DNA of 64,000 nt from Blepharisma stoltei ATCC 30299 (GCA_965603825.1 CBFDEM010000057.1:620001-684000), one strand, 5' to 3'; positions 25,104 through 37,506 are shown, counted from the stretch's first letter. Program-made: numbers and translations. Notes: generated by a model from the letters alone, not told the origin.

Positions 25104-25952
25104 ATGTCTTCATTTTCATTTAACGGTGCCAGATCAAAATCCAAGCCAACTGAAACAATTTTGCAGCAGGAATCGCCCAACCAAAAGAAATACAGCAAAA
25201 GAGTTGCAGCAAATATATGCAAAACAAGTTCATTTTTGAAGCCGAACCAGTTATCAGAGTTTACTTCACAATTCAAATCCAAAATAAGCGAGAGGGACGA
25301 AAATCTTTGTTTGAAATCAATCGACAGTGAAAACTTCCCACAGTTTATATCAAAAAACAGCACAATTGAAAAATCAAATCTAGGCAAAGCAATTGATTCA
25401 GATAAGCTTGAAAGCTTTTTAAGAGAAATCGGGATATCAAAATACATGAATTTGTTAAAAGAAAATGAAATTTCTTATGATGATTTAGCACTTTTAACAA
25501 GAGATGACTTGATAGACTTAAAACTTCCTATTGGGCCAAGAAATAGGCTGCTGATTGCGATTAAAGAAAAATTTGAAAATATTGCGAAAGAAGAAATTAA
25601 GCCGTTAAGCCAAATTAGAAATGGGACACCACATAGATATCAGATAAAAGAAGAAAATGATATTTTTATACCGAATTTGGCACAAGTGTCAAATAAATTT
25701 GACGCAAAAGAAAGACCATCTTCGAGACAAAGCATAGAAAGCATTTCTTCAGAGTCTTTGAGGTCGCCAATAAATTATGATGAAATTGTAGCAATGCTTA
25801 ATAATATGAGAGAACAGCAAAATATAATGCTCAAAGCAATTGAAGAAAACCAAAGGGTAGTAACAATGCTGTGCCAATCTGATTATCTTCAAAATGCAGA
25901 TAGACAATCCCATAGCCGAAAAAGCTCAGGATATAACGGAAATATTTATTAA
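25104..25952 (+). CDS. SAM (sterile alpha motif) domain protein, 282 aa
   Basis: LESFLREIGISKYMNLLKENEISYDDLALLTRDDLIDLKLPIGPRNRLLIAI. Confidence 0.88.
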   Translation: MSSFSFNGARSKSKPTETILQQESPNQKKYSKRVAANICKTSSFLKPNQLSEFTSQFKSKISERDENLCLKSIDSENFPQFISKNSTIEKSNLGKAIDSDKLESFLREIGISKYMNLLKENEISYDDLALLTRDDLIDLKLPIGPRNRLLIAIKEKFENIAKEEIKPLSQIRNGTPHRYQIKEENDIFIPNLAQVSNKFDAKERPSSRQSIESISSESLRSPINYDEIVAMLNNMREQQNIMLKAIEENQRVVTMLCQSDYLQNADRQSHSRKSSGYNGNIY

Positions 25953-25969
25953 GTGTATAAAATAAAATA

Positions 25970-27616
25970 TTACATTAATAGTTTTCTGACGCAATATCCT
26001 CTCCATACTGACTGAATAAATATTGCAGCGCTCCTTATTATTTCATAAAGACTTCTTGTTTGATATTGTCTAATAAGAGATTGAATCTTAATTGCAGATT
26101 TTATTATTTTTTGATATTTCCTTTGCGCTAAAAACCGCCTAACATGAGATTGAATAAGCAAAATTTTCCCATCATGTGTCTCACATTTTGATTCAGGAAT
26201 AGACGCAAGTACACTAGGCCGAAATCTTTTAGCTGATTTTATGAATCTTACTGGATTTCTCTGCTGTGAAAGTGGAGGTATATTGACTTTTTTTTCTTGA
26301 AAAATCTTTTCTTGTGGCTTTTGTAATAATGCTTTGGCTTTTTGTTCAGCTATTTGGGTTTTCAATTTCAAATAATATTTTCTTGCTTTGTATCCTCTTC
26401 AGTATTTTTGTATTGTGACTGCATGCTTATTTTTATCTATTAAAATTCTGCCACTCCTCAAATGACTTTTAGCAGGATTAGCAAGAGGTGGCTTTATTGG
26501 GGTATTAATCTTGAAATCCTCTTTTCCTGTCAAAAACTCTCTAAAACTTTCATCTTTAAGCTCCAATTCCAGGATTTGATTTTCTATATGCTTAAGCTTT
26601 TCTTCTATATTTAAAAAAGGCTTATCACTGACATTTTGCCTTATTTTAACTCTTGCTTTCCCTGAAACTGGCCTAGCTCTTTCATTTTTTACAACAGGAT
26701 TAGGTGGGATTATTGCGATATCTTGCAAAATATCTTTTTTAGAATTTTTTTGCTTGAAATTTTTCTTTAAGGTTTGCTTTATGATATCTCTATTATTTGG
26801 AAGAGAATTTTCAAGATTAACGTCTCCGCTCAGCTCAAAACTTGTATTTTGTCTTCTTTCTTTTGGCCTTGCACTTGAAATCCTTACAGCTGGTAAGCTT
26901 CCATTCAAATTATATTTTCTATTTGACTGTGTTGAATTTGCCCTCTGATGGTTTGGCTTTATATTAATTTTCTCAAAATTATATTTTTGGTTATTCACAA
27001 CATACTTTGCCTTTAATGCGTTATAATTTTTTATCAAAAGATCCATCACATGATGGGTTTCTGTTTTGTTGCTTTTTGCTTTTTCAATTCCTAATCTGTA
27101 AGCTTCTTCTGCTTTCGCAAAAAATCCTAATAACTCGTATTCGATTCCAGCATTATAATAGGCGATAGCCAAAGTGTTTACAATATTTTCAGTTTTTTCA
27201 TATCTTTCAGCTTCGCTAAGTAAGCTAATAGCTTTTGTAACACTTTTTACAGCTGAGTCATGGTTTCCCAGCTGCGATTTAATAGCACAAATATTTAGAT
27301 GTGTCCCTGCAAGATTAGTTGATTCGACAGGCGAATTTATGCTTAAATCTAATGCTTTCTGTAAAAATTGAAGAGCGATATTTAATTTTCCAACTTTTTT
27401 ATAATAGCAGCCTAAGTTGTTGTAAGTAATTGAGAGTAATTTTGTCTTTGAGGTTGAAGATTGAGGTAAACTTAATATATCTTGAGCTCTTCGCAATAAA
27501 TGAAAAGAGCTTGAAAAATTTTCTTGTCTTAAATAGTCCATAGCTAGCTTATTACACCCTAGAACTAACTCTTGTAATTGCACTGATAATGAAGTCTCTT
27601 GGAATTTTAATGACAT
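25970..27616 (-). CDS. TPR-repeat protein with multiple IQ calmodulin-binding motifs, 548 aa
   Basis: TPRs (ITYNNLGCYYKK..ALQFLQKAL; AIAYYNAGIEYE). IQ motifs IQKYW(TGA)RGY, IQSHVRRF, IQSLIRQY, IQSVWRGY. Confidence 0.88.
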
Positions 27617-27648
27617 TAGAAAAAAATATTGAGAAAAAATTATATGGG

Positions 27649-28587
27649 TTATAAAAAGAATTTTTTACGATTCACCTGCATATTTGGCTGATATAAAAAT
27701 TCGTACTCTCCTGATTCTGTGTTGAAAATCCCTGATTGTAGACTTCTAAGCTTTAAAGTCAATCTTGGCCCGACTTCTTGTAATATTACTTTTTTGCCAT
27801 CCTCTTTGAATAAATATCGATGGTGTCTGAAGAATATAAAATCTCTTTGATTTTTCATGGTAACCACATTTCTGCCTCTGAATTCTGGTTTTTGTGGGAA
27901 AAGTGACGCCAGCATCCTCCCAATTCTTTGACCAAGCCTTGTATCAAAATTTTTCATAATTAATTCTGGATAATATCCTGTCGGTGTTCCATGATTAGGA
28001 ATTTCCCTTCTTTTCCACGTATTCGACACCCTAAAATGAGCAGTCGGGCCTTCAGGCAAATGGATAATCCACAGCCCTTCAGGCTCTTTATTCTTTTCAT
28101 TAAAAACCAAGACATCCGTATATTCCCTATTCGACGCATATTCACAGATTTCTTTCATATCATAGGTTCTTCTATCATAATACTCAGCATTAGGCATAAT
28201 CCCTTGCACCTCTTTAGCGAATTTTATTAGTTGTTCTGATGGTCTCCTTTTAGTCGTGACAATAATTTTTGGGAGGACTCCTTCTTTATAATAGCTGGCA
28301 AACTCATCTATATTTTCGTCATTTTTTACTTCTTCATTGTCAGAGGTCACAAAAGAGTCTTCAGGAACTCTCATTGATTCAATAGTTTTCGGAGCTAAAG
28401 GCTATATAAAAATTACAGCTTCACCTGTTTTTTCTCTTTGTTTTTTGCGTTTTTCTCTGCCTTCTTTTTGCTGCTTCTTTAATTCATATTTGAGACGCAG
28501 CATTAATTGAACTTTTCGAGTTTTGTTTTTTATTGTGGGCAGAATTGATTTGATGAAGTTTGTGTTGGGAGCTTGATTTTTTACCAT
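27649..28587 (-). CDS. RPF1: Ribosome production factor 1 (Brix domain), 307 aa; one 15-nt intron
   Basis: PKTIESMRV, PKIIVTT, HLPEGPTAHF, PELIMKNFDTRLG, NQRDFIFFRHHRY, LQEVGPRLTLKL. ATG 28587, intron 28402-28416. Confidence 0.94.
28402..28416 (-). other. 15-nt intron GTAATTTTTATATAG
   Basis: Consensus; removes an in-frame TAG in RPF1. Confidence 0.93.
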
Positions 28588-28624
28588 ATTATTTATAAAT
28601 AGAAATAAATTGACATATAAAAAG

Positions 28625-29167
28625 TTACTTAAAATTAAACTCCTCAATTTTAGCTTTCTTCATAAATGATTTTAGCTCAGCTTTGACTTTATAATATTTA
28701 TCACAGTATTTCTTAGCCTGCTTTGTTAGGGCATCAATAATAACTTTGTCTAGGCTCATCGTGGGGATGGATTCAGTCTGGTCAGTTTGTACAGACATAT
28801 GAGCAACTTCTTTTTCTTGCCTAGTTTGAGGTGTTGGCTGGTTCGGCCTGACTTTAATAACAAGTCAATCCCATATGACATCTTTTGTAAAGGGGAAATA
28901 TTCTAGTTTATCCACAACTCTTTCTTCCTCTAACGTCTTCCTTTCTCCACTTTGAAGCTTTCCTTTAAATGTTCATGTACAATTTACAAAGAGAATGTTC
29001 ACAATTTTTGAAATTGGATTTGAGCACCCACCACATTGGCAAACATTTTTTACTCTTGCGATATCGAAGGTACCTTGACTACCGACATATAAAGGGACTT
29101 GACGGAGGTAGTATGTGCAGTCTGGCTGCGTGCATTTTCCGATGAAATAGACTCCAGGTATTGGCAT
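28625..29167 (-). CDS. Cys-rich putative zinc-binding protein, 180 aa
   Basis: PGVYFIGKCTQPDC..GTFDI..CQCGGC..FVNCTW(TGA)TFKG. Frame open through two TGA codons to TAA 28625-28627. Confidence 0.78.
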
Positions 29168-29919
29168 TTTTTTATTAGAGGAAATTCATTGCTGTTAATT
29201 GGAGAATTTTGATATAGAAATAATCATTTTTTAATCAGAATTTTATAATACTTGCAATAATAAGTTATTAAATAGAATGCATAAAATTAATCAGAGTAAC
29301 ACTATAAAATATTGTCCATTGGTGAATTAGTTATATCAGTAAAAGAGAACGAAGAGTGATTATTAATAAAACGTTTTTCCTTTTAAACTTGTTAAACTTA
29401 CATGCAAAACTTTTTTATTAATATCATGCAATAATTAAGATTTATCTTTAATAAGTTCACTCGTTCCTAATTTTAGCAGCTTAAAAAACTCAAGGAATGC
29501 CAATTATTGCATTTTTTTTGAGTCATGATAAAAATAGAGTGGAGAAAATAATTAGAAATATTTAAACTATAATTATGTCTTTATCCACGTGTGCCATTGC
29601 GAGATTAAACTTTAGCTATTAAAGTAAGAAGTTTTGTTTGCAAGCAAGATTTGGTTTAATCAATTAATTATCTTAAATATTTTTTATTCAGCTGTATAGT
29701 TCTTATTAGCCTTGAGTAGTGCTTTTTTAATCTAAAACTCATTGTATCAAAACATGTTTCAGTAATTTATCGATTTTTTTAAAATTTAAATCATTTACTT
29801 TTATTCTCAAAACAGCTTTTTAGCAAATAATTTTCAAAGAAAATTATTATCTTTAAATTTCAATCAAGTTTGATTAGAAAATTTCCAAAAAAATAAGTCT
29901 TTCAATGCTTTAAGGGAAA

Positions 29920-31341
29920 ATGGAGGTTGTAAAGGATAACTTTGAAGAAGCTCTTCAGCTTTTTCAAGAAAACCTTTTTCAAAGCGAAATAGTAGCACTT
30001 GATCTTGAATTCACCGGCATTCATGGGAAACCAGAACAATACAACGATAACATGCCAGAAAGATACTCAAAAGTCCGAAGAGTCGCAATGAATTATGAGA
30101 TCATTCAAGTAGGATTGTGCCTTTTCATTCGCAAAGGTGATATATGGGAAACAAGACCGTTTAACTTCTATGTGTTTCCAGAAGATTCAGGTGCAAATCC
30201 TAGAGTTACTTTAGAAGTCTCAGCAATTTCATTTCTCAAGGAGCATAACATGGACTTCAACAAATGAATATACCAAGGAATCCCATACATGACTATGCTA
30301 CAAGAAAGCGACCTTCATACAAAGCTAATTTCTGTACAAGAAGAACCTACGGAGCAATTAGTCCTTTCGAAACCTAATGATATTGCCAGAATGAAAGAAA
30401 TTGAAGAAAATATCAACCAATTTATATCAGGATGCGACCCTTATATTGATATTAATGGACTAAATGCTTATTTAAGGAGATATTTATATACAGAACTGAG
30501 AAAAAGCTACCCTAATATTTTCCCTGAAAGTGTGAAAACTGAAGGAAGCAGAGAAGTTACTATGAGGTTGCACAAGGTTGATCCAGAAGCTGCACAAAGA
30601 ATGAAAGAAGAAAAAGAAAGCAGAAAGAAATTTGAGTTTAATGGAAGAATTGGCTTTAGAAGAGTTTTTACGTTGCTAGAACAAGCTAAAAAACCATTAA
30701 TTGTCCATAGTGGTCTATATGATTTGGCGTTTTTTATAGATGGGTTTTATGGCGATCTTCCAGAAAAATACTCAGAATTTAAATCATTGATTCATATTTT
30801 ATTCCCAATAGTTTACGATACTCGTTATATCTTAGAAAGACATCCTGGGCTCTGGGAAGAATTTGATCAATCATCATCACTTAAAGGACTAAGCCAGTTT
30901 TATTCATTTTTATGCAAAAACGAATTCAGAAAAATTTCTCTTGCAGAAGGGTTTGAAAAATATCGTGATGAAAGGTATGCTCATGAAGCTGGATTTGATG
31001 CACTAATGTGTGGGACTTGCTTCCTATGGCTAATAGAAAAAATTGGCAACTTAGAAGGGTATAGAAATTTGCTGCCAGCCTTTAAAAGCTTTTTTGCAAT
31101 AAATTTGGAAGGAGATGATCTTATTTTCCCTGAAAATTATTATTATTTTAAAGGTGCTGACATCAAAAAAACCTTTGGGGCTTTAGAAGGATTTTCTTGG
31201 AGATACATCAAAGACGATGAATGTTTCGTTCAAAGTGTGTCAGAAGAAAAATTGACAGAATTCAGAAGACGAGCTGAAGGAAACAACTGGACACTTATTT
31301 CAATCCATAACTATTTTAATTCTAAAGTCGCTGAGATCTAA
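29920..31341 (+). CDS. PARN: Poly(A)-specific ribonuclease PARN-like (CAF1/DEDD family, R3H insert), 473 aa
   Basis: VALDLEFTG, IIQVGLCLF, PFNFYVFP, FNKW(TGA 30265)IYQGIPY, GFRRVF, IVHSGLYDL, VYDTR, AHEAGFDALMCG. Confidence 0.92.
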
Positions 31342-31355
31342 TTTTGTTTTTAATA

Positions 31356-32924
31356 TTATGCATGGGTTTCTCGACATTTGTGATCTACCAACGGCTTGGT
31401 ATGGAAATGAATATCATCTCTTTTATATATGTAAATTTTATCTGCAAGCTCGATTTTGCGATTTCTCCAGTCAATTTTTTCAAAACCTTTAATTGCTCGT
31501 AATATTGTGAATCCTTTTACGTTAGGCTTATCTGTGATTAAATGGGTGAATTCTTGAAGATCGTCATCAGTCAGATTTTCTTTTTTGGAGTATCTCCAGT
31601 TGTTTACATATTCGTTGAACCTTGTGATTCCTGTCTGTGCTGGGTATACGTCAATGTGTATGTATGGATTTGGCATGCTTTGGTCCATTTCTTTCATTTT
31701 TGTGTATGCTTTTGTGAAGTCTTGGATTGCTATTGCGCCTGGGTAGTTGTAGTGAGATACGTAAAGTGCAAGGGCTGTACCAAGACAAGTAGCGATTAAT
31801 GCAAGGGATGCTAAAATTAGCAGTGAGGCATTAACAAAATCAGACTTATAGATGCATTTTGTTCTGAATAAATTTTACATTTTTATGAACCCAATAGCTG
31901 TAATTATGTTTATTCCTGGAGCGATTGGGAATAAAAACCTAAGCTCTTTGTGAGGCAAAAATGAATAAAGGACGACAAATGACAGAACAGGAAATAAAAT
32001 ATGAGTCATCCTTGGGTCAATAATTTTCGCTTTAGGCTGCTGGTATATGATTCCAGCTGCAAAAAGCATGATTTCTCCCATCAGCATTTTAGGTATTGCT
32101 GACGTAAAATACCAATACCACGGTGAAACTCCTCATTCATGACTCTTATTCTCATAAGTGTTAAAAAATAGCACCTCAAACTCAGGCCACGTAAAAGTTC
32201 TCCAAAAAAATGAATCGACTGATATAGTAATTATCAATGACACCACAGCCATAATCACTGAATAAAACACTGTCTGCTTTAACGCAGCTTTATTTGCATA
32301 CAAAATCATCCAAATCCCAATCTAAATATCCAATACAGGCAACGCTAATAAAATCAAGTCGCATCTAAAGCAAATTCCTCCAAATGCTAGCAAGCAGCCT
32401 ACTTCTTTATATCTTTCTTGAATCCAAAACGCAAAAATAAGGACACAAATAGTAAGAGCATAAGTATTAGGTAGAGTTCTAGACATGTAAAATGGTAAAT
32501 GGAATTGACAACACGTAATGATATAAAGTGCAATCCCAGCGTCTTCTCCAAATACTTTAGATACAGATGTACGCAAATAACGATAAGCTAGAAAATTTAT
32601 CGTCGCTAAGTTTAGTCTTGCTAAATAATAGTTACTTATAATAAGTCCACACAACTTTGCAAAGCCTAATGATACAAGAGAATAAAACAAAGGGAAAGTC
32701 AGATAAGCCAGCCCTAAAGCAGCCATAAAAGTGCGCTTAACAACTCCTGGGAATTCATGGTGATCGTAATTCTGAGTAAAAATTACTTCAACATCATAGT
32801 TGTATACCATCATATCATGGACTCCTTGCATGTTGAAAGATTCTTCTACCTTTGTGTAAGGACATAAAATGATGTGGGTTAGTAAAACAGCTGCAAAGGA
32901 AATATCCCACCTGTCAATGCCCAT
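31356..32924 (-). CDS. ALG12: Dol-P-Man alpha-1,6-mannosyltransferase ALG12 (GT22), about 502 aa; four 15-nt introns
   Basis: CPYTKVEESFNMQG.HD, YDHHEFPGVV.RTF, QFHLPFYMSRTLPN, NKSHEW(TGA 32133)GVSPWYWYF, SFLPHKELRF, NYPGA, HIDVYPAQTGITRF. Confidence 0.95.
31864..31878 (-). other. 15-nt intron GTAAAATTTATTCAG
   Basis: Consensus; removes an in-frame TAA in ALG12. Confidence 0.88.
32322..32336 (-). other. 15-nt intron GTATTGGATATTTAG
   Basis: Consensus; removes an in-frame TAG in ALG12. Confidence 0.88.
32621..32635 (-). other. 15-nt stop-free intron GTAACTATTATTTAG
   Basis: Perfect consensus. Retention would insert 5 aa in frame. Confidence 0.75.
32772..32786 (-). other. 15-nt stop-free intron GTAATTTTTACTCAG
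   Basis: Perfect consensus. Retention would insert VIFTQ before the conserved YDH motif. Confidence 0.8.
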
Positions 32925-32992
32925 GTTTATTATATAAAATATAATTTTTCATCATAGATATCATTATGAAAGCACTATAAATTCATATTTAA

Positions 32993-35571
32993 ATGGAAAC
33001 TGAAGAAATCGATAGGATGACCCAAACCACCATGCAAATTCGTGACAAGAAGAAGCATTCAGTAACATTGTCACCTCCTATGTCTGAAAGTAGAGAAAGA
33101 AACAGCTCTACTGATGCTCCAGGAACTAGGAAAAATTTCCATGACAGGAATATCGAGCATTTAAAAGCAATTTCAGAAAAAAAAGCCCAAAGATTGAGAG
33201 AAATTGAAGAGGAAAAAAAGAAATTAGAAATTACAAGGCAAAGATTGGCGCAGAGGATTCTGAAGAGAAAAGAAGAGGCTAAGAAAATTGAAGAAGAGAA
33301 AAAGGGGGAAAATGAAAGGAATCCTTATGATATTTTGGAGATTGATGAAATTATAGAAGAAGATAAAGAAAGAGAAGCTAAAAAACTAAGTATTTATAAA
33401 TCAAGATATCACAGCTTTTTAAAAGATTTGCAAGAAAACAATAAACAAAAACAGCAGATGAGAGAGCAGGAAGAGCTGAAAAAGCAGAAAACAATACACA
33501 AGCTGAAAGAAAACTTGGGCTTAAACAATGTAACTTCTAAAGTGTTCAGCTCAACTCCTTCAAACCAAGCTGAAGAAGATGAAATAAAAGCACAGAAAAC
33601 TAAATCATCCACAGCAAAAACCAAAGGAAAATCTAAAGAGCAAGATGCAGATCCAGAAGAAGAAAAACAAAAAAAAAAGGCAGCAAGAGAAGCCAGTGAA
33701 CAAATAGTAAAAAGGGCTCAAAGGCACATTTTAGAGCTTGCCGAAAAGAAAGCTGAAGAAGCCAAAAAAGAAGTTGAGCAACGAGAAAAAGAGCAGAAAT
33801 TTAAGCACTCCCTACGTGAAGCTGTGCTATCAAAAAAGCATCAAAACGAAAATGAAGACTCCGAGCCTCCAAGCACTTCAGAAACTCCTAAAAAGCCTAA
33901 AAGAATCGACGATAAAGCTATAGAGCGGCTTTCATCAGCCCCTAAACGCTGGACAGGCCCAATTATCACAGACATAAATGTTTTTCGCAAAAAATACAAG
34001 CTGACCGAAAAAGATAAAATATTCGTTATAAAAGGCTGCTACCCAGATATAAAGCGTGCCTTACTAAAAAGAAGTAATTTTTCTATAGAGATTGGTTCGA
34101 AAACCCAGACAAAGATTCTCCATGTTTTGACTTAAAGTGGACTCTTCTTCGTAAAGATGTTGATATGGATAAACTCACTGATAATCAGCTTTGCAACCAT
34201 TTTGATAAAAGCGCAAATATCACTACTAAAGTGGGACTTTGCCATAACTTGAGGAGCTTGGTTTGGTTTAATAATGTGGATATTGATACGTTTTATCCAC
34301 AATGTTTCGATGTATCTGATCAAGCTGAGCTGCAAGATTTCATTACTGAATTTAAAATAATAAAAGCTGAATGTGTATTAAAGCAGTACCAAAGCAATGA
34401 AAATGTCTCTGAAGACAGAGTAAAAGTCGCCCTAAAAGTCAGCAAAAGAAGGCTGAGAAATTTAGATGATTTAATTGATGACCCTAACTCAGGCAGCTGG
34501 GATTTAATTAAAGATAAAGAATGAGAAATCTTGAATTCTGACATGATAAGTGAAGAAGAATTCAAAAAAAGAAAACACGAAAATTGGCTACAAAAATTAG
34601 ACATGGAGCACAATCATATTCCTAAGCCAGAACCTGCTAAAAAAAAGAAAAAGAAAAAAGTAGCCAAAGAAGAGAAAAAAGCCGAAAATACTGTGAGGGA
34701 CTCTACACTTCTACAAGAAGCTGAAGAAGTCCTTGGAAAATTAAAACAAAAATACCCACAATATGATATTAATGGCAAAAAAAATATCTGGATCGTAAAA
34801 CCTGCAAGCTTATCTAGAGGAAGAGGCATTGGGTGTTATAATTCACTAATTGAGATTCTTGACCATGTTCAAAAAGAAGGCACATGGGTTGTGCAGAGAT
34901 ATATAGAAAACCCTATGCTTATTTTAAGGAAAAAATTTGATATCAGGCAATGGGTTTTAGTCACTTCATGAAATCCTTTGACAGCCTGGTTTTATGAAAG
35001 ATGCTATTTAAGATTTGGGGTTGAAGACTATATTATAGATAACCTCCAAAACAAATTTATCCACTTAACCAACAATTCAATTCAAAAATACTCAGAACAT
35101 TTTGAAAATTCTGAAATTGAAGGAAGTATGTGGCACTCTGAAGAATTAGCAGAACTTTTAAGAGAGCAGACTGGCAGAGATATATGAGAAGAAGAAATTA
35201 AGCCAAAAATAAAAAAAATTGTAAAATATTCCCTTGAGTGTGTACAAGATATGGTTGATAACAGACCAGGATCAAGTGAGCTGTATGGATATGATATTAT
35301 GATTGATGAAAACTATAATCCTTGGCTTATTGAAGTAAACGCAAGTCCTGCAATGGATTATTCGACGCCTGTTACAAAGGAGCTTGTCAAGCAAGTTATG
35401 GAAGATACTATAAAAGTTATGGTAGACTACCAATTCGCTTCAAAAAAGAAAAAATCGAAAATCGACACTGGGAACTTTACCTGTCTTTTTAAATCTAAAA
35501 AAATTGTTGACAGGCCTATACAATCCTTTGGTCTAAATCTTGTGTGTGAAGGAAAAGCTATTAAATCTTAA
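32993..35571 (+). CDS. TTLL3: Tubulin glycylase of the TTLL3/TTLL8 family with a long charged N-terminus, 853 aa; one 17-nt intron
   Basis: [11 protein letters not shown]|[71 protein letters not shown](TGA)[33 protein letters not shown]. Confidence 0.93.
34074..34090 (+). other. 17-nt intron GTAATTTTTCTATAGAG
   Basis: Only a length of 2 mod 3 restores the conserved TTLL3 frame. The branch TA lies 6 nt from the second AG. Confidence 0.82.
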
Positions 35572-35600
35572 TCAATAGAAAATAATCTTCTTAAGAATTA

Positions 35601-36020
35601 TTAAGCCTTTCTGTTTCTACGTGTAATCGCTTTCTTAGGATGCTCGCTCTTGTGAAGCTTTTGCATTCTTTCTGAAGCTGCTTTGACTAAGCTTGGGTTT
35701 CTGCTATCAACCAGAGAAGCAAGGGTAGATTTTGATCTCCCTGAGTATCCACCTTTCTTAATTGTGATTTTGTCCTCGTGCTGGGTTTTGCCTTTTGCTC
35801 CATATTTTCTGAGCTTTTTGGCCTTAAGCACAACTGGTTCTCCTTTCTTTCTGTCAGCGACACCAATGGCACTTGTGCTTGCAATTCCTGCGAATTTTTG
35901 GCTATGAATGTTGACTAAATTGTAAGGGTCAGTTGAGAAATCAGTGTTGTTGCGCCTGATAAGATATTTGTTATTGTTTCTAAGGAGTTCCCAGAGAAGA
36001 TCTGATGAGACGCTTGCCAT
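35601..36020 (-). CDS. RPL28: 60S ribosomal protein eL28, 139 aa
   Basis: SSDLLWELLRNNNKYLIRR..FSTDPYNLVNIHSQKFAG..AIGV is the eL28 N-terminal signature. Confidence 0.92.
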   Translation of the reverse strand: MASVSSDLLWELLRNNNKYLIRRNNTDFSTDPYNLVNIHSQKFAGIASTSAIGVADRKKGEPVVLKAKKLRKYGAKGKTQHEDKITIKKGGYSGRSKSTLASLVDSRNPSLVKAASERMQKLHKSEHPKKAITRRNRKA

Positions 36021-36093
36021 AGACTTTTATTAAATGGAAGGTGAATATGCCTATTTGCACATTTTAACAAGAATAAAATATAAGCTTATGCTA

Positions 36094-37506
36094 TTAATTC
36101 TCAAATTTGGGTATATCTATTTGTATAGAAGGGATTTGCTCAACTTTTTTTAATTCTTCAAGATCCGTGTTTGAGTTTTTACGAGAAAGTGGCTTATTAT
36201 TTCCAGTTCTTAAAGTGCTCCCTCTCTTATATAATGTTTTCTTTGTATCTTTTGTTTTTACTTCTTTTAAAATCACTTTTACTTTATCAGCTGTTGAACC
36301 TTTGGGTACTTCCACATCTAATAAATGGAAAACTGGGTCTAAATTTGGCCTTGGGGTTAGCCCTTCATATCCTGCTGCAGCTCGATCAGCTAGAATCGCG
36401 TTAGTTTTAAGCAAGTCAGAAATTTGTTTTTCAAGGTCTTCTTGTACATCATATGACTGTTTAAGCTTATACAAAATTGTTGAGTAGCCTTGGGTCATAT
36501 TATCACTTTTCTTTTTGAGTTCCATAAAATCACGATTCAGTAGGCTGTAGTCACTGCTTATTTTTGCCACCATCTCTTCTGAAGCTTTAAGCCTTTTTTG
36601 ATGATCAATTATTATTTTATTGTCTTCATCAGCATTAAATCGTAAACTCATAGTTTCACGCTCTAATATTGACACTTTGTTGCCTAAAATAAAATTCTCT
36701 TTTGACTTTTTCTCAATATCTTGCTTAAATTTGTTGTTTTCTTCTAATAAGACTTGGTTTTCTTTTTCTTTTGCTAAAATTTTTTCGCTCATCGCGGTTC
36801 TTTCTTCATTCAATTTTCTTATTTGTGAATTGTAATTTTCTATGATTTTTTTAACTGTATCTATACTATAATATTCATCAGTGTCTTTTGGTTTTAATTT
36901 AAGAGGATATAGATAGTAGAATGGAATTAGTCCATCTAAATCAGTCAGTGTGTCTGGATACTTTTCATAAATGTGCTCTAATACTTCTGTTCCTATTTCT
37001 CCTTTGTTAATAAAAATTGCAGTCTTTATTTCTTCTACTATATTTTTTAGTTCTTCTTTATATTTTCCATCTTCATTTGCTAATATTTCAAGTGCTTTTA
37101 TTATAAGCTTCGTCCTATTTAAAGTACGCTTGGAGACATTTTCTTTACAATCTCCAAATAAAGTCCTAAGAACCAAAGCGAGGTCTAATTTTGTTTTAAG
37201 AACTGAGGAGTTAAAAATTTTCATTGAATTTCTTTCAGACAGACATTCAAATGTAGTATTTTTATGTACGAATTTTTTATATGGATGTGCTTCAGGAAAA
37301 TCAGATAATGTTGGGGTTCGATTTTGAGACTCTCCTCCATTCAAAAACATAAGAGTATTTTGTAAATCTGATTTAGTCGTGCGGGTTAAAAAAGTTGGAG
37401 ATGGAGATGGGAGTGGGAGGAATTCTTTAATGTTACTGAAAGTTGATGAATGATGATGGATCTTTGGCAATGGTGATTTGGTTGGAGATTTTTTATCTCG
37501 TTTCAT
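36094..37506 (-). CDS. Coiled-coil protein of unknown function, 470 aa
   Basis: Long ORF with a heptad-rich central region and a conserved-looking RAAAGYEGLTPRP motif. Confidence 0.8.
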   Translation of the reverse strand: MKRDKKSPTKSPLPKIHHHSSTFSNIKEFLPLPSPSPTFLTRTTKSDLQNTLMFLNGGESQNRTPTLSDFPEAHPYKKFVHKNTTFECLSERNSMKIFNSSVLKTKLDLALVLRTLFGDCKENVSKRTLNRTKLIIKALEILANEDGKYKEELKNIVEEIKTAIFINKGEIGTEVLEHIYEKYPDTLTDLDGLIPFYYLYPLKLKPKDTDEYYSIDTVKKIIENYNSQIRKLNEERTAMSEKILAKEKENQVLLEENNKFKQDIEKKSKENFILGNKVSILERETMSLRFNADEDNKIIIDHQKRLKASEEMVAKISSDYSLLNRDFMELKKKSDNMTQGYSTILYKLKQSYDVQEDLEKQISDLLKTNAILADRAAAGYEGLTPRPNLDPVFHLLDVEVPKGSTADKVKVILKEVKTKDTKKTLYKRGSTLRTGNNKPLSRKNSNTDLEELKKVEQIPSIQIDIPKFEN

